Positions 12,560 to 25,885 of a stretch of DNA of 64,000 nucleotides are shown here, one piece after another (the first letter of the stretch is position 1; every line of letters begins with the position of its first letter). This stretch comes from Octopus sinensis (lineage: Eukaryota). Where the stretch lies: contig NC_043010.1 in assembly GCF_006345805.1 (NCBI RefSeq), positions 38,130,001 through 38,194,000 of the forward strand, read 5' to 3'. The position numbers and the translations under genes were made by a program. The notes beneath the pieces are model-generated. The model was not told the DNA's origin. It saw nothing but the letters and a program-made list of their open reading frames with translations, and ran no database searches.

Positions 12560-12690
12560 GTTCACAGCTCTGCATTCAGTCTCACTGCGTGGCACCTTGG
12601 GCAAGTGTTTTCTACTATAGCTTCGGCCTGACCAATGCCTTGTGAGTGAATTTAGTGGACGAAAACTGAAAGAAACCAGTCGTGTATATA
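12560..12690 (+). mobile_element. SINE-A head fragment
   Basis: ttcagtctcactgcgtggcaccttgggcaagtg...gaaactgaaagaaaccagtcg. Confidence 0.7.
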
Positions 12691-12714
12691 TGTGTATGTA
12701 TATATATGTATATA

Positions 12715-12960
12715 TATAGACATATGTATATATATAGACATATATATATATATAGACATATATATATATATAGACATATATATATATATAGACATATATA
12801 TATATATAGACATATATATATATATAGACATATATATATATATAGACATATATATATATATAGACATATATATATATATAGACATATATATATATATAGA
12901 CATATTATATATATATACATATATATATAGACTATATAATATATATATAGACATATATAT
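12715..12960. repeat. 16-bp minisatellite (gacatatatatatata)n
   Basis: Regular GACA interruptions every 16 bp in (TA)n. Confidence 0.9.
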
Positions 12961-13025
12961 ATATATATATTATATATATATATATATATAGATATATATA
13001 TATATAATATATAATATATATATAT

Positions 13026-13071
<46 letters not shown>

Positions 13072-13074
<3 letters not shown>

Positions 13075-13610
13075 TAAATATAAATTACAAAGGGACAAGA
13101 ACGCAAAAACACACAAGGAGACGACACAAAAAAACAGACGGGTCACTCGAAGCCTCTAATCTTCAGTCTGGAACCGGATCATCTTAGTAATTCGGCTGTT
13201 TAATCTCGATATTACTCCGACCCGGTCAGCCCCAAGGAAAATCCAAGCCACAGGCATTGGATTTCTTGGAAAGAGGGTCGAATGTATACGGAACAAAGAC
13301 AGGATGCCACACGAATATAAATACAAGAAACAAAAATATATATAAAAAACAGAAATAAAAAACACGAAGGTGGACAGTACAAGGACAGGAGCGTCTTACG
13401 ACTTTAGACAATTTTTAACTTATCTTGGCTGGCGTAAATGAAAAAAGCCTTCAACGGCAAAAACGAAAACAACGTGAGCGTGGCCGCGGTCAGGCCGAAA
13501 TGACCAGTTTGAACGCGGTCACGTGAGAGCACGGAAGAAAGAGAAAGAAAAAAGAAAGGCAGGGAGCAAGGAATCAAAGAGAGAGGGAAAGAAAGGGACG
13601 AAGGCACCAG

Positions 13611-13665
<55 letters not shown>

Positions 13666-14480
13666 AATTAAATATAAATTACAAAGTGGGACAAGAACGC
13701 AAAAACACACAAGGAGACGACACAAAAAAACAGACGGGTCACTCGAAGCCTCTAATCTTCAGTCTGGAACCGGATCATCTTAGTAATTTCGGCTGTTTAA
13801 TCTCGATATTACTCCGACCCGGCCAGCCCCAAGGAAAATCCAAGCCACAGGCATTGGATTTCTTGGAAAGAGGGTCGAATGTATACGGAACAAAGACAGG
13901 ATGCCACACGAATATAAATACAAGAAACAAAAATATATATAAAAAACAGAAAAAAAAACGAAGGTGGACAGTACAAGGACAGGAGCGTCTTACGACTTTA
14001 GACAATTTTTAACTTATCTTGGCTGGCGTAAATGAAAAAAGCCTTCAACGGCAAAAACGAAAACAACGTGAGCGTGGCCGCGGTCAGGCCGAAATGACCA
14101 GTTTGAACGCGGTCACGTGAGAGCACGGAAGAAAGAGAAAGAAAAAAGAAAGGCAGGGAGCAAGGAATCAAAGAGAGAGGGAAAGAAAGGGACGAAGGCA
14201 CCAGGGGAGAGAGAGAGAGAGAGAGAGAGAGAAGGGAGTAATAAGAGAGGGGAGAGGAAACAGGATTGGCACAGCAATAGAAATAACGGTGCAAATAAGG
14301 TGGGGGAAGAATCAGAGGCAAGAAAAGAGAAAGACACATACTATAGAGAGAGTGTGTAAATACGTCGTACAAGGCAAGGATGTGTAGTATACATAGGAGA
14401 TAGGGGTACGTAACGCCGCAATAATATATGTATAGAAATTAAATATAAAATATAAATTACAAAGTGGGACAAGAACGCAT
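13072..14480 (-). mobile_element. Non-coding PLE-like repeat P1 (partial tandem, plus 596-bp duplication)
   Basis: 13072-13660 is duplicated at 13665-14225, and the terminal 45 bp recur at ~14436-14480. HHR-like motif at 13137-13166 and 13733-13762. Embedded in (TA)n/(GA)n. PLE origin is inferred. Confidence 0.55.
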
Positions 14481-14939
14481 ATATATATATATAAGTAATT
14501 AAGATTCGGTTGGATTAGGTGCTTAAGTTGAAGCACCAAGTCAATCCGGTATTATTCGCACACCTCGAAGTAAGGTGAATAAAATCAAAACTTGAAATAA
14601 GTAACAGGATTTCAAGAAGTAATGCAATACAACCGTTTCAAGCGGCTCCATTTAATTGAACAATGCAATCATTAGTCCAATTTAAATACACCGCTATCTT
14701 CAGCTGCACAAAAATATGGAACTTCAACAGGCAAGGTACATTAATATAATTTTTCTTAAATATTTTAACAAAGCAAGAAGACGGAAGAAATTCATATTGT
14801 CACTATTGTATCAAGAATGGCTACGAAAACAGATTACAATTTCTTAGAATAGCATGGAACATAGTGGGTTGTAATTCATTTCCAATTCATTTATCTCTTT
14901 ATTATCTACTAAAATCTGAGACTAGAAGAATATGTATAT

Positions 14940-15337
14940 TTAGAATATATAAAAGTGAAGTTGTGTGTCTGTCTCCTACGATTTAGATTCCTAACTACTC
15001 CCACATTTTGCGGTGCAGTTTAACCAAAACCGGGTATCTTATAGTCGTGATTCATATCGAGCCCTTCTGGGTATTAGCGCGCGTCTACGATGAGTCTACG
15101 ATTTAAAAAATAATTTACCATCATTTTTTTCCATTTTAATGCATTTTTTTCGCTATTATATAAGGGAAGTAACTCTCTAAAAATGTCTACGATGAGTCAA
15201 CGATTTAAAAAAAATTTACCATAATTTTTTTTCCATTTTTAATGCACTTTTTTGCTATTTTTTGGCTATAACTCTCTAAAAATGCTTATATAGTTATTTC
15301 CCTTACAAACCCGAGCAACACCGGGCGATACTGCTAG
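14940..15337 (+). mobile_element. Non-autonomous Helitron-like element, copy 2
   Basis: Reverse complement of 599-992. Ends CCCGAGCAACACCGGGCGATACTGCTAG|T. Contains an internal ~125 bp tandem duplication. Confidence 0.85.
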
Positions 15338-15614
15338 TTTAGAATAAAGAGCAAAAGTGCTATTGGTCATAAATATTGGTCATAAATATTGTCATAGGTA
15401 CCCCCTTTTCCCATAAGAAAAAAGAACCAAAACTTTAGAAAGAGCCAATTAGATAGAAGTAACTGTCTATAAAAAAGAGGCAGGGTAGGGCTGACTTTAA
15501 TTCATGATGTTATCACCAGTTAAATGGGCAAAGCACTATGAAACTTAAGATGCTATAATGAGATTTAGGAAAAATATTAGGGGCTCGATGGGAGAAACGT
15601 TTATAGGCAATATT

Positions 15615-15990
15615 ATTGTGGAAGCACTCCGTCGGTTACGAGGATTCCGGTTGATCCGATCAACGGAACAGCCTGCTCGTGAAATTAACGTGTAAGTGAC
15701 TGAGCACTCCACAGACACGTGTACCCTTAACGTAGTTCTCGGGGATATTCAGCGTGACACAGAGAGTGACAAGGCCGGCCCTTTGAAATACAGGTACAAC
15801 AGAAACAGGAAGTAAGAGAAAGTTGTGGTGAAAGAGTACAGCAGGGATCACCACTATCCCTGCCGGAGCCCCGTGGAGCTTTAGGTGTTTTCGCTCAATA
15901 AACACTCACAACGCCCGGTCTGGGAATCGAAACCGCGATCCTACTACCACGAGTCCGCTGCCCTAACCACTGGGCCATTGCGCCTCCTTG
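15615..15990 (-). mobile_element. SINE head C + tail I
   Basis: Reverse complement of 18438-18828. Confidence 0.85.
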
Positions 15991-16859
15991 GCAATATTAT
16001 TATGTTGTATGAAAATATGATACTTTTATTTTTATATTCAAGAAAATTATATCATAACCAAAATAGTTAAAAGGTGTGTATATATCAATTTTAAACATTA
16101 AAAGGAAGATTACTATTATGTAGAACCAATTTAATACACCTTCTTAAGATAATTAATTAATTATTCGGTGGTCTCTATAAAGACCACTCAAGCCACTTAT
16201 GGAATATCTGGAAAGATATACATAATGTTTATTGATTGGAAGTAATAAATCAGAAGCGGTATTATAAGGTAATGATAATACAGAGACATGATTAAATATA
16301 AATATACTAGAAAAATATGTACTGATATAAGTAGGTGTAATAGTATAAAAATAATGCATACCGATACATATATATATACACGTATATACAGCGACCAGTT
16401 CAGTTGTCCGTCTAGACACCATGTGCCATATGGTCAAAATACCACCGTAGTGAAAATAATGACGAAGCGAATATATGTATAAATTTCTATATAAACAAGG
16501 ATAAGATTGTTATTTTAAATAACGATCAAATCATGTGGCAGCATGGGAAGAAAAACCTTATAGGTTATAATTATTATTTAAGTTATAAATTAGGGTACAT
16601 AAGAGATACCACCATGCTTGAAATAGCAGTCAAAAACCTGACTCTAAAAACCTTATCCTTATATATATATAGATATACATATTTGGGATAAAGTCATTAT
16701 AATACCGTAATGGTTAATCTATATTTCAGTATAATTATAAAATAATAATAAGGGCGTTGACACAGCAACGCCTGTACGCTAGAAGTAGATTCCAAATGGT
16801 CTTCAAAAAAAATTCAATACTTCATTACTACAAAGCTGTATGCGAGGAAAATGGACAGC

Positions 16860-16879
<20 letters not shown>

Positions 16880-16891
<12 letters not shown>

Positions 16892-17060
16892 TATATACGA
16901 CAGCCTCTTTCAGTTTCCATCTCCCAAATCCACTCCACTCACAAGGCTGTGGTCGGCCCGAGGATATAGTAGAAGACACTTGCCTATGGTGCCACGCAGT
17001 GGGACTGGAGCCGGAAACGTGTGGTTGAGAAACAGGCTTTTTACCACGCAGCCATTCCTG
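16880..17060 (-). mobile_element. SINE-A head
   Basis: cgacagcctctttcagtttcc...gtgccacgcagtgggactg. Confidence 0.7.
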
Positions 17061-17346
17061 CTGCTGACAGCAGTTCCTGTGTTTTATATTTTATTTTATT
17101 CCAATTGCTATCCAAAACATGTCAGGCCTGATTAAACAGATTTATACTTAAAAAGATTCCTAGCGTGACCATTGCATTTTTTCTTTTCCTTTTTTCTTTA
17201 TAATTTTTTCGCGCGTATTTTTTTTTTCTGAGTCTGCATTCATCATCCAATGTTTTATTATGGTGTGACTTGATGGGAAATTCAACTGCCTTTACTAGCA
17301 CCTAATGGTTTGTTTCACGCGCGCGTGCACACACACACAAACACAA

Positions 17347-17379
<33 letters not shown>

Positions 17380-17513
17380 CACACACATGCGTACACACAC
17401 ACTTACTCACTGACAAACATATACGGATATATATTATATTTTTATATGATTGGAGATTGCGTATGGCATTCCTGATTGAGAGTTAGTTAATGCAGCAGTT
17501 CAGAGTGGACATT

Positions 17514-17550
<37 letters not shown>

Positions 17551-17612
17551 CATATACGCATATACATACATATACGTACACATATACAGATATATATATA
17601 AATATATATATG

Positions 17613-17654
<42 letters not shown>

Positions 17655-18042
17655 TACACATATATATATACATATATATATATATAATGTATGTATGTAT
17701 GTGTGTATATATATATATACGGCATATTTAACTGGATTTTATATAGGATTGAGGTTATATATAGCAGCTATGATTGCAGTTTAAATATAGTAGTCATGAT
17801 TAGAGTTTATATATAGGAGAAATAATTGCAGTTTATTTCTAACAACTGCAATTGCAGTTTATATATAGCAGCTGTGACTGGAGTTTATATATGGTTTGTA
17901 TAATTGTACATCGTATATGACCACTGCGACACTTATGTTCATATATGGCGTATGTGTGTTTATATTAAGCTAGAACTTGTACCCAGTTTGCTAGTTGATA
18001 AAAGGATTCGATATTTATATCAGCGATGATTGAGACACGGGG

Positions 18043-18085
<43 letters not shown>

Positions 18086-18437
18086 ACAGAGGGGAGAGAG
18101 AGACAGCAAACAGCATGCCAATAAGCTCGATGTGTGGATGTGTCCAACAGGATGATCTTGTTTTTGTTTTTCGATGTAGTTTTGGGATGTTTACTTCTAC
18201 AACAGTAGCAGCAGTATGTGTCCTTATTATTTTAATGCTGGGTCTCCAACTGAACCAACCATCACTGATAAACTGGCCTGTTATGAAGATTTGGACGTTT
18301 ATATCCATGACAACAGCAGCAGTATTGTCCTGGCTATATGCCTTCGCTGCTTGAACTGTGACTCTTCAACTGAACTACCTGATCGTATGCCTTAGTATTA
18401 CAGAGATATTCCGAAAGGCTATACTGATACATAACAT

Positions 18438-18828
18438 CCGTGGAGGCGCAATGGCCCAGTGGTTAGGGCAGCGGACTCGCGGTCGTAGGATCGCTGTTTC
18501 GATTCCCAGACCGGGCGTTGTGAGTGTTTATTGAGCGAAAATACCTAAAGCTCCACGAGGCTCCGGCAGGGATGGTGGTGATCCCGACAGTACTCTTTCA
18601 CCACAACTTTCTCTCACTCTTACTTCCTGTTTCTGTTGTACCTGTATTTCAAAGGGCCGGCCTTGTCACTCTCTGTGTCACGCTGAATATCCCCGAGAAC
18701 TACGTTAAGGGTACACGTGTCTGTGGAGTGCTCAGCCACTTACACATTAATTTCACGAGCAGGCTGTTCCGTTGATTCGGATCAACCGGAACCCTCGTCG
18801 TCGTAACCGACGGAGTGCTTCCACATAA
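18438..18828 (+). mobile_element. SINE head C + tail I
   Basis: gtggaggcgcaatggcccagtggttagggcagcgg... through ...cgtaaccgacggagtgc. Confidence 0.85.
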
Positions 18829-18844
18829 CATCTATTTATTTATC

Positions 18845-19165
18845 GTGAGGGCGCGTGGCTTAGTGGTTAGGGCATTCGGCTCATGATCGTAAGGTTGTGA
18901 GTTCGATTCCCGGCGACGCGTTGTGTCCTTGAGCAAGACACTTTATTTCACGTTGCTCCAGTCCACTCAGCTGGCAAAAATGAGTTGTACTTGTATTTCA
19001 AAGGGTCAGCCTTGTCACTCTCTGTGTCACGCTGATTATCCCCGAGAACTACGTTAAGGGTACACGTGTCTGTGGAATGCTCAGCCATTTGCACGTTAAT
19101 TTCACGAGCAAGCTGTTCCGTTGATCGTATCAGCTGGGACCCTCGTCGTCGTAACCGGCGGAGTC
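18845..19165 (+). mobile_element. SINE head D + tail I
   Basis: gagggcgcgtggcttagtggttaggg...gagttcgattccc, with the same tail as 18438-18828. Confidence 0.85.
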
Positions 19166-19449
19166 AAGAGAGATTTATTTATCAGTAGTCTTCAACAAAA
19201 CTTGTCATTTTTCTGGTAACTGGCTCTTGTTGATCATTTCTGGTATGGCAAGTCTATGATCAAAGGCGTGAACGTTCAATGTATCCGTTGCATTTTAGAG
19301 AGCAGAGGGTGATTTGAGGAAATATTTGGCTGTTATTTTGAACCAGATCGACGAACCAGGTAGAGATCCTCCACATATTGATTTTCTTTTTTTTTCTCCT
19401 CTTTTGTTCCTTTTGTTTTCTTTGTGTTTTGTTGTAAATATTTATTACA

Positions 19450-19533
19450 ATGAAAGTCGATGCGGATCAGTTTCGTTCAGTTTTGATTGCGCTATTCGAA
19501 ACTTTGATCGCGTCGTTCGGAATTATTTTTCTG
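19450..19533 (+). CDS. Candidate first coding exon (MKVDADQFRSVLIALFETLIASFGIIFL)
   Basis: ATG in a CpG-rich non-repetitive patch, hydrophobic segment, possible donor CTG|gtaacc. No homology recognised. Confidence 0.25.
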
Positions 19534-20084
19534 GTAACCATGCGATAGTGTTGTTGGTTATAATCTAGTTTAACTGATTTATAATCGGCATAAATCGGAT
19601 CCTTCCGTTTGAATATTTATAGTTTAATTTATAGAAAAGAACTATAACAAATAACACAAATAACATTAGAAGGGATGCAAACGAACAGAAAAAAAAACTT
19701 GTTTGAAACAGCTTCAACTGTTGTGAACTGGTCTATAACTGATTTGAACAAAGTACAACATGTTCAAATCATTCGAAAATCTGTTAATGACATCATGCTG
19801 CACGGATAAAGCAAGTAAAAATTAAAACAATCAATTGGAGCCGATTCCAAGTGATATAAATCGAGGAAAACCAGTTTTAAGTGACCAGAACAAAATTTAT
19901 TATGTTGAAAAAGTGTTGAGAAATTTGTGCGTGACCGGATTGAATTGTAAACATGTCTGCATTTCTCGGTTTAGCAAGTTTAAGATAATTGAGAAATGAG
20001 GTGAAAGTGTTCGGAAAGGTTTCAACGAGTTGCGAAAGATCGAGACTATCTTTATAATTAGAATAGATTTTAAAATCTGAATCT

Positions 20085-20274
20085 TTTATCTCTTACTTAC
20101 ATGCTTCAGTCATTGGAGTACGACCATGTGGAAGGACCGTCATGAAGGTTTAGACGAACAAATCGACCCCTGTAGTTAGTTTCTTTTTCAAGTCTGAAGC
20201 GTATTCTTTCGAACCGCTTTTGTTATGGGGACGAAACAAACTGACAACGGTTGTCAAGCGATTGTGGTACACGC

Positions 20275-20319
<45 letters not shown>

Positions 20320-20460
20320 TGTATATTTATACACGACACGCTTCTTTCAGTTTCCGTCTGTCAGATCTACTTTCAAGACCTTGGTTGATCCGGGGCTATA
20401 GTGGAAGACACCCAAGATGCCACTCAGTGGAACTGAACTCTAATCTTCTTACTACTCAGC
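20085..20460 (-). mobile_element. Old SINE-A copy
   Basis: Diverged match to both halves with internal (CA)n. Confidence 0.65.
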
Positions 20461-20659
20461 TACACCGGACAATATTTCATAACATGAAGATAGTGAACTG
20501 ACTGGCAGTTATATAATCTTAGTTAACCAGGGGTGGCTAATATGAATGCCGTTATGTAGAAAAACACAGAAGCTGCTGTGATGTTGGCCACTAATAGGTG
20601 TTTTTATTTTTCACCAATACAGTTCATTTTGGTCCATTTGTGGATGAATATATAATAAC

Positions 20660-20940
20660 GGTGGAGGCGCAATGGCCAAGTGGTTAGGGCAGCGGACTCG
20701 CTGTTGTAGGATTGCGGTTTCTATTCCCAGACCGGGCGTTGTGAGTGTTTATTGAGCGAAAACACCTAAAGCTCCATGAGGCTCCGGCGATGAGGTGGTG
20801 GCGATCCCTGCTGTATTCTTTCGCCACAACTTTCTCTCACTCTTTCTTCTGTTGGCTAAAACAATACGAAGCGCATTGTGACCAGCGATGTGTAGCAACA
20901 TCTGATAGCCTGGTCGGTCACGGGGATCACGGTGGTATAA
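20660..20940 (+). mobile_element. SINE head C + tail II
   Basis: Homologous to 4985-5285 with an internal deletion. Confidence 0.8.
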
Positions 20941-21119
20941 CAACGGTAGCCAAACTGCAGTTCGCGAGCTACATTCGGCTCTCGAAGACCCTATGTGCGG
21001 CAACTCCAAGGATAATATTGAGACTTGACACTATTTTTCCTAAAACAGCTTTAACATCCTACACAAAAGAGTAATCGCAAAAAAGAGAAGACTCAGTAAA
21101 AGTTTTCAAGTAGCTGAAA

Positions 21120-21360
21120 TTAACCTATTTCTTTACTACCCACAAGGGGCTAAACAAAGAGAAGACAAACAAGGACGGACAAACGGATTAAGTCGATCAT
21201 ATCGACCCCAGTGCGTAACTGGTACTTATTTAATCGACCCCGAAAGGATGAAAGGCAAAGTCGACCTCGGCGGAATTTGAACTCAGAACGTAGCGACAGA
21301 TGAGATACTGATGAGCATTTCGCCCGACGTGCTAACGATTCTGCCAGCTCGCCGCCTTCA
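21120..21360 (-). mobile_element. SINE-B monomer
   Basis: Full head to tail. Flanked by the repeat agtagctgaaattaacc, a likely TSD. Confidence 0.85.
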
Positions 21361-21392
21361 GTAGCTGAAATTAACCAGTAAAACTATAGCTG

Positions 21393-21720
21393 TCTGGCAC
21401 TCCGTCGGTTATGACGACGAAGGTTCCAACTGATCCGATCAATAGAGCAACCGCTCGTGAATTAACGTGCAAGTGGCTGAGCATTCCACAGACACACGTA
21501 CCCTTAACGTGGGTTTCTCAGTGAGAATCAGTGTGACACAGAATGGAGCAAGGTTGGCCCATTCAAGTACACAAGTACTACGCATTTTAACCAGCTGAGT
21601 GAACTGGAACAAAGTGAAATAAAATGTCTTTCAGAAGGACATAACGCGCTGCCAGGAACCGAACTCACGACCTTAAGACCGAGGGCCGAATACCCCTAGG
21701 CATTAAGTCACGCAACTTCA
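21393..21720 (-). mobile_element. Old SINE head D + tail I
   Basis: Diverged reverse complement of 18845-19165. Confidence 0.7.
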
Positions 21721-23324
21721 CTTTATTTATTAAAATTGTGTGTGTGTGTGTGTGTGCATGCGTGTATGTGTGTTTGTGCGTGTGCGTGTGTGTGTATGTG
21801 TATGGGTGCTTATATATACACATATATATCGGTGTACTTCTTTATTTAAAATTTTAATTTTTAAAAATATATGGTGGAGTCTTTGAAAGTAAAATGTGTA
21901 CGCGAGTGTGTGTGTATGTGTATATGTGTGTGTGTGCGTGTGTGTGTGTGTGTGTGTGTGGCTCTTCATATCAAACAACTTGGCAACATCTCTAGCGTGA
22001 ACGCAAATGAACATTCACAATCAACTGATGACTCATAACTAACAGCTTAATTTCAGGAATAAATTACAATTTAATGCTGCTGGACTTCAAAAAAAAAAAT
22101 AGAGAGAAAAAGTAAGAATAATAGTAATGAATAGATAAATAGAGAGAGAGAGGGAGAGAGAAACACAGAGAGAGACAGAGAGAGAGAAACAGAGATTGCA
22201 TTACATCGAAGTAGAAATTTTTGTCTACAACATGTAAGATAAGTTTTAATCACGCGCTCTGCAGTGAAAGTGTAGCAAAGCATATATTTACGCTTCTTCT
22301 ACCATTATTTCTTCGAAGGAATGTTTTACATTGTAAATCTTTTATGATTTTTATTTTCAAAACTGTAATACATATTGTTGCTTTTTTTTTTTTTTTTATC
22401 CTCCCCGAATAGTCGTTTGGTAATGTAGTTTATGTTCGATGGATTGGAAAAATCGTTGGAGCATCGTTTAAATAAAGAAAGTGTCTCTTGCAGTATTGCT
22501 TCCGGTTCTTAGTGTTCTGAGTTCAAATCTTCGCCGAGGTCAACTTTCAGGGCCGGATTAAGACGCATTGAAGCCCTAAGCAATTAAAAGATTCTGGTGC
22601 CCCTATATATATAGAATTTAAAATATAACAAAAATAAACAATAAAATAAATTATTTTCCAAAATAAAAATTAAACAAACAGTAAGATGAAAAATAACGTT
22701 TATTTTTGTATTCTTCCAATTTATTTATAACTGAAAAGTTTTCTCCTATTTTAATTGCGAAATCTTTGATTAGATACTTACTATGGCACCAAGAACACTT
22801 CGAAATTATATTTCCGAAAATATAAACCACTTTCGAATATTATTTTAGCAAGTTTAAGATGATTTCTTTTGTGCCATAAACCATCTACAATTTCTGTGAT
22901 GCACCACCACCCCTCTTCCTCCCTTACTGTCCTAATCACATGCTTATTTTCCTTAATGGTTGACCCAGTGCCGTCAACTTTGCTTTTCATTCCTCCGGGC
23001 TCGATAACTTAAAATATTTATCTAGTACTGGGACCGATAGTACCAACTAACCCCTACCCACTAAAGTTCCTGACTTTGTGCCTTAATCAGAAACCATTAT
23101 TTTGCTTTGGCATTCTACTCCAGAGCCCAAACTGTGGAAGATGCCCAAAGACATCAAAATATCTTTGCATAAACATTATACTGGAGTTATTTAAGTTTAT
23201 CAGAATTAAATTTAAAGGGGAGACGTCTGTTAAATTTAAAGGGGAGGTGTAGTTTACTGTATAGAAGTTTTTGCGAGCTCAGTATTAAGCAATCGAGTAT
23301 AAAATAGTGACCTAATATGGATTT

Positions 23325-24290
23325 ATTGAAATGCTTCGCGGCATTTCCTGTGCCGCAAACGTTCTGAGTTCAAATTCCGCAGAGATCGACTTTGCCTTTT
23401 ATCCTTTCGGGGTCGATTAAATAAGTACAAGTTACGCAACGGGGTCAATATAATCGACTTAATCCGTTTGTCTGTCCTTGTTTGTCCTCCCTGTGTTTAG
23501 CCCCTTGTAGGTAGTAAAGAAATAGGTATTTCGCGTGCTGCTACGTTCTGAATTTAAATTCTGCTGAGGTCAATTTTGCCCTTCCATCCTTACGGGGTCG
23601 GTAAGATAAGCACCAGTTATGCACGAGGGTCGATGTAATCGACTTATCCCCTCCCGCAAAATTTCAGGCCTTGTGCATATAGTAGAAAGGGTTATTATGA
23701 CATCGATAAAGTGGTGAACAACAGAATCGTTAGGCACACCGGACAAAATGCTTAACAGCATTTCGTCCGTCTTTACGTTCTGAGCTATAACCTTACCGAA
23801 GTCAACTTTGCTTTTTATCCTTTCGAGGTCGATAAGTACCAGTTAAACACATATGACGATGTAATTCCCCTCCCGTTCGCTTTAAAATTGTTGGCTTTGT
23901 GCCAAGATTTGAAACCATGAAGGCGGCGAGCTGGCAGAATCGTTAGCACGCCGGGCGAAATGCTTAGTGGTATTTCGTCTGCCACTACGTTCTGAGTTCA
24001 AATTCCACCAAGGTCGACTTTGCCTTTCATCCTTTCGGGGTCGATAAATTAAGTAGCAGTTACGCACTGAGGTCAATGTATTCGACTTAATTCCTTTGTC
24101 TGTCTTTGTTTGTCCCCTCTATGTTTAGCCCTTTGTGGGCAATAAAGAAATAAGAATCATTAGCACGCCGGACAAAATGCTTTTGCATTTCATACGTTCT
24201 GAGTTCAAATTCCGCCGAGATCGACTTTACCTTTCATCATTCCGGCTCCGACAAAATAAAGTACCAGTGAAGTACTGGATCCTATGGTAT
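23325..24290 (+). mobile_element. Cluster of SINE-B units
   Basis: At least five full or partial units, including an aaataggtatttcg junction at ~23521. Confidence 0.8.
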
Positions 24291-24349
24291 AGAATCAATG
24301 CCATAGGATCCAGTACAAATTATATAATATTATAAAATAATAAAAATAA

Positions 24350-24600
24350 ATGCACATTTTCAAAGCTTAGCCAGGCTCATAGGCCCGGTTTCCCGGTTTC
24401 TATGGCGTATGTGTTTCCCAGCTGGAGAGGACGCCAGTCCATCGCAGTGTTACTCATTTTTGCCAGCTGAGTGAACTGGAGCAACGTGAAATGAAGTGTT
24501 TTGCTCAAGAACACAACGCATCGCCCGGTCCAGGAATCGAAACCATAATTTTACGATCATGATGCTGACACCCTAACCACTAAGCCACGCACCTCCACTT
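24350..24600 (-). mobile_element. SINE head D + tail III
   Basis: Minus-strand tail gatggactggcgtcctctccagctgg...gaaaccgggaaaccggg, shared with 63055-63345. Confidence 0.8.
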
Positions 24601-25644
24601 CATAGTATTATATTAAATATCAAATGATTCATAATATAAATGAGTAAAATATAGAATATTTACTTATACGTAAAAATAGGGATGGGGGCGCTGAGGGTAT
24701 TTTATGGCCATGAGTAGGGCGGTGGCTCAAAATGTTTGTGAACCTCTGGTATAGACTAACCACTCCTTCAATATTGCTGGCCTGGTACCAGAATTAGAAA
24801 CCATTATGAGATCGAAAAGAAACGAAGTGATTCCATATTACTTTTTTATGTCTCTATCAGAGCTGGTTTATCAGTCCTACAGTAGAAAAGCTGTAGTGCT
24901 CATTTAGTATTGAGTTTCTCGAAAAATGTTTTTAATGAATCTGCTTTTAAAGAAAATATTACTTCCAAGGCGCGTGGTCCAATGGGTAGGATGTAGCTTC
25001 TGATCCTAAGGTTGTCCGTTCGATTTCAGGACCCCTTCATTGTGACATCGGTCAAGACGATTCATTCACTTGCACCAGCAACTGGAAATTAGTACAAGCT
25101 TGGTTGCTGGTGCAGTCCTCTCTCCTAACAGTTGCATTTTTAAGATTCCACTGGTTTAAATCAGGGAGCCTCTCAACCTTTCTTTTCTACCTTTGGACCC
25201 TTTTTGTTACAATTTTGCTCAGGTGCACCCCACCCCATAGCCATTCAGTGTTTAAAGACTACTTTTATAGTTACTTCTTTCAAAATTAGTATTTTGTTTT
25301 TCACACATTTACTCGTGTAGGTTGAATTGTGTAAAACGTTAAAGAAAGAAATCTAGCTGTTGCAATTGTCACAAAGGTTGGAACTGTTCGTTTACCGGTC
25401 GCGCCTAAATAATTAACAACGCTCGTGAACAATTAACAGAAGTTTTATTCCCCTCACATAGCATTTTTCATATCAGTCTTTGAATGATGAACGCAAACAA
25501 CACTTTATACACATAAGCTCTGCATTTGTGACAAAATAGCTGGTTAGTATAACTCCGTGACAATGGAGTCAAAATTGATGAAATATTATACTAAATTCAT
25601 GACGACCAATCCGTAGCTGCTGACTATTTGGTTGAATAAGAAGT

Positions 25645-25885
25645 TGAAGACGGCAAGCTGGCAGAAACGTTAGCCCGCCGGGCGAAATGCTTAGCGGTAT
25701 TTCGTCTGCCGTTACGTTCCTGAGTTCAAATTCCGCCAAGGTCGACTTTGCCTTTCATCCTTTCGGGGTCGATTAAATAAGTAGCAGTTACGCACTGGCG
25801 TCGATATAATCGACTTAATCCGTTTGTCTATCCTTGTTTGTCCCATCTGTGTGTAGCCCCTTGTGGGCATTAAAGAAATAAGAAG
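25645..25885 (+). mobile_element. SINE-B monomer
   Basis: Full unit ending taaagaaataagaagttg. aataagaagttg also precedes it (possible TSD). Confidence 0.85.

Noticed and set aside
22549-22620. cagggccggattaag, a possible DNA transposon TIR interrupting a SINE-B
   Set aside because: No partner TIR or TSD was found, so it cannot be delimited.
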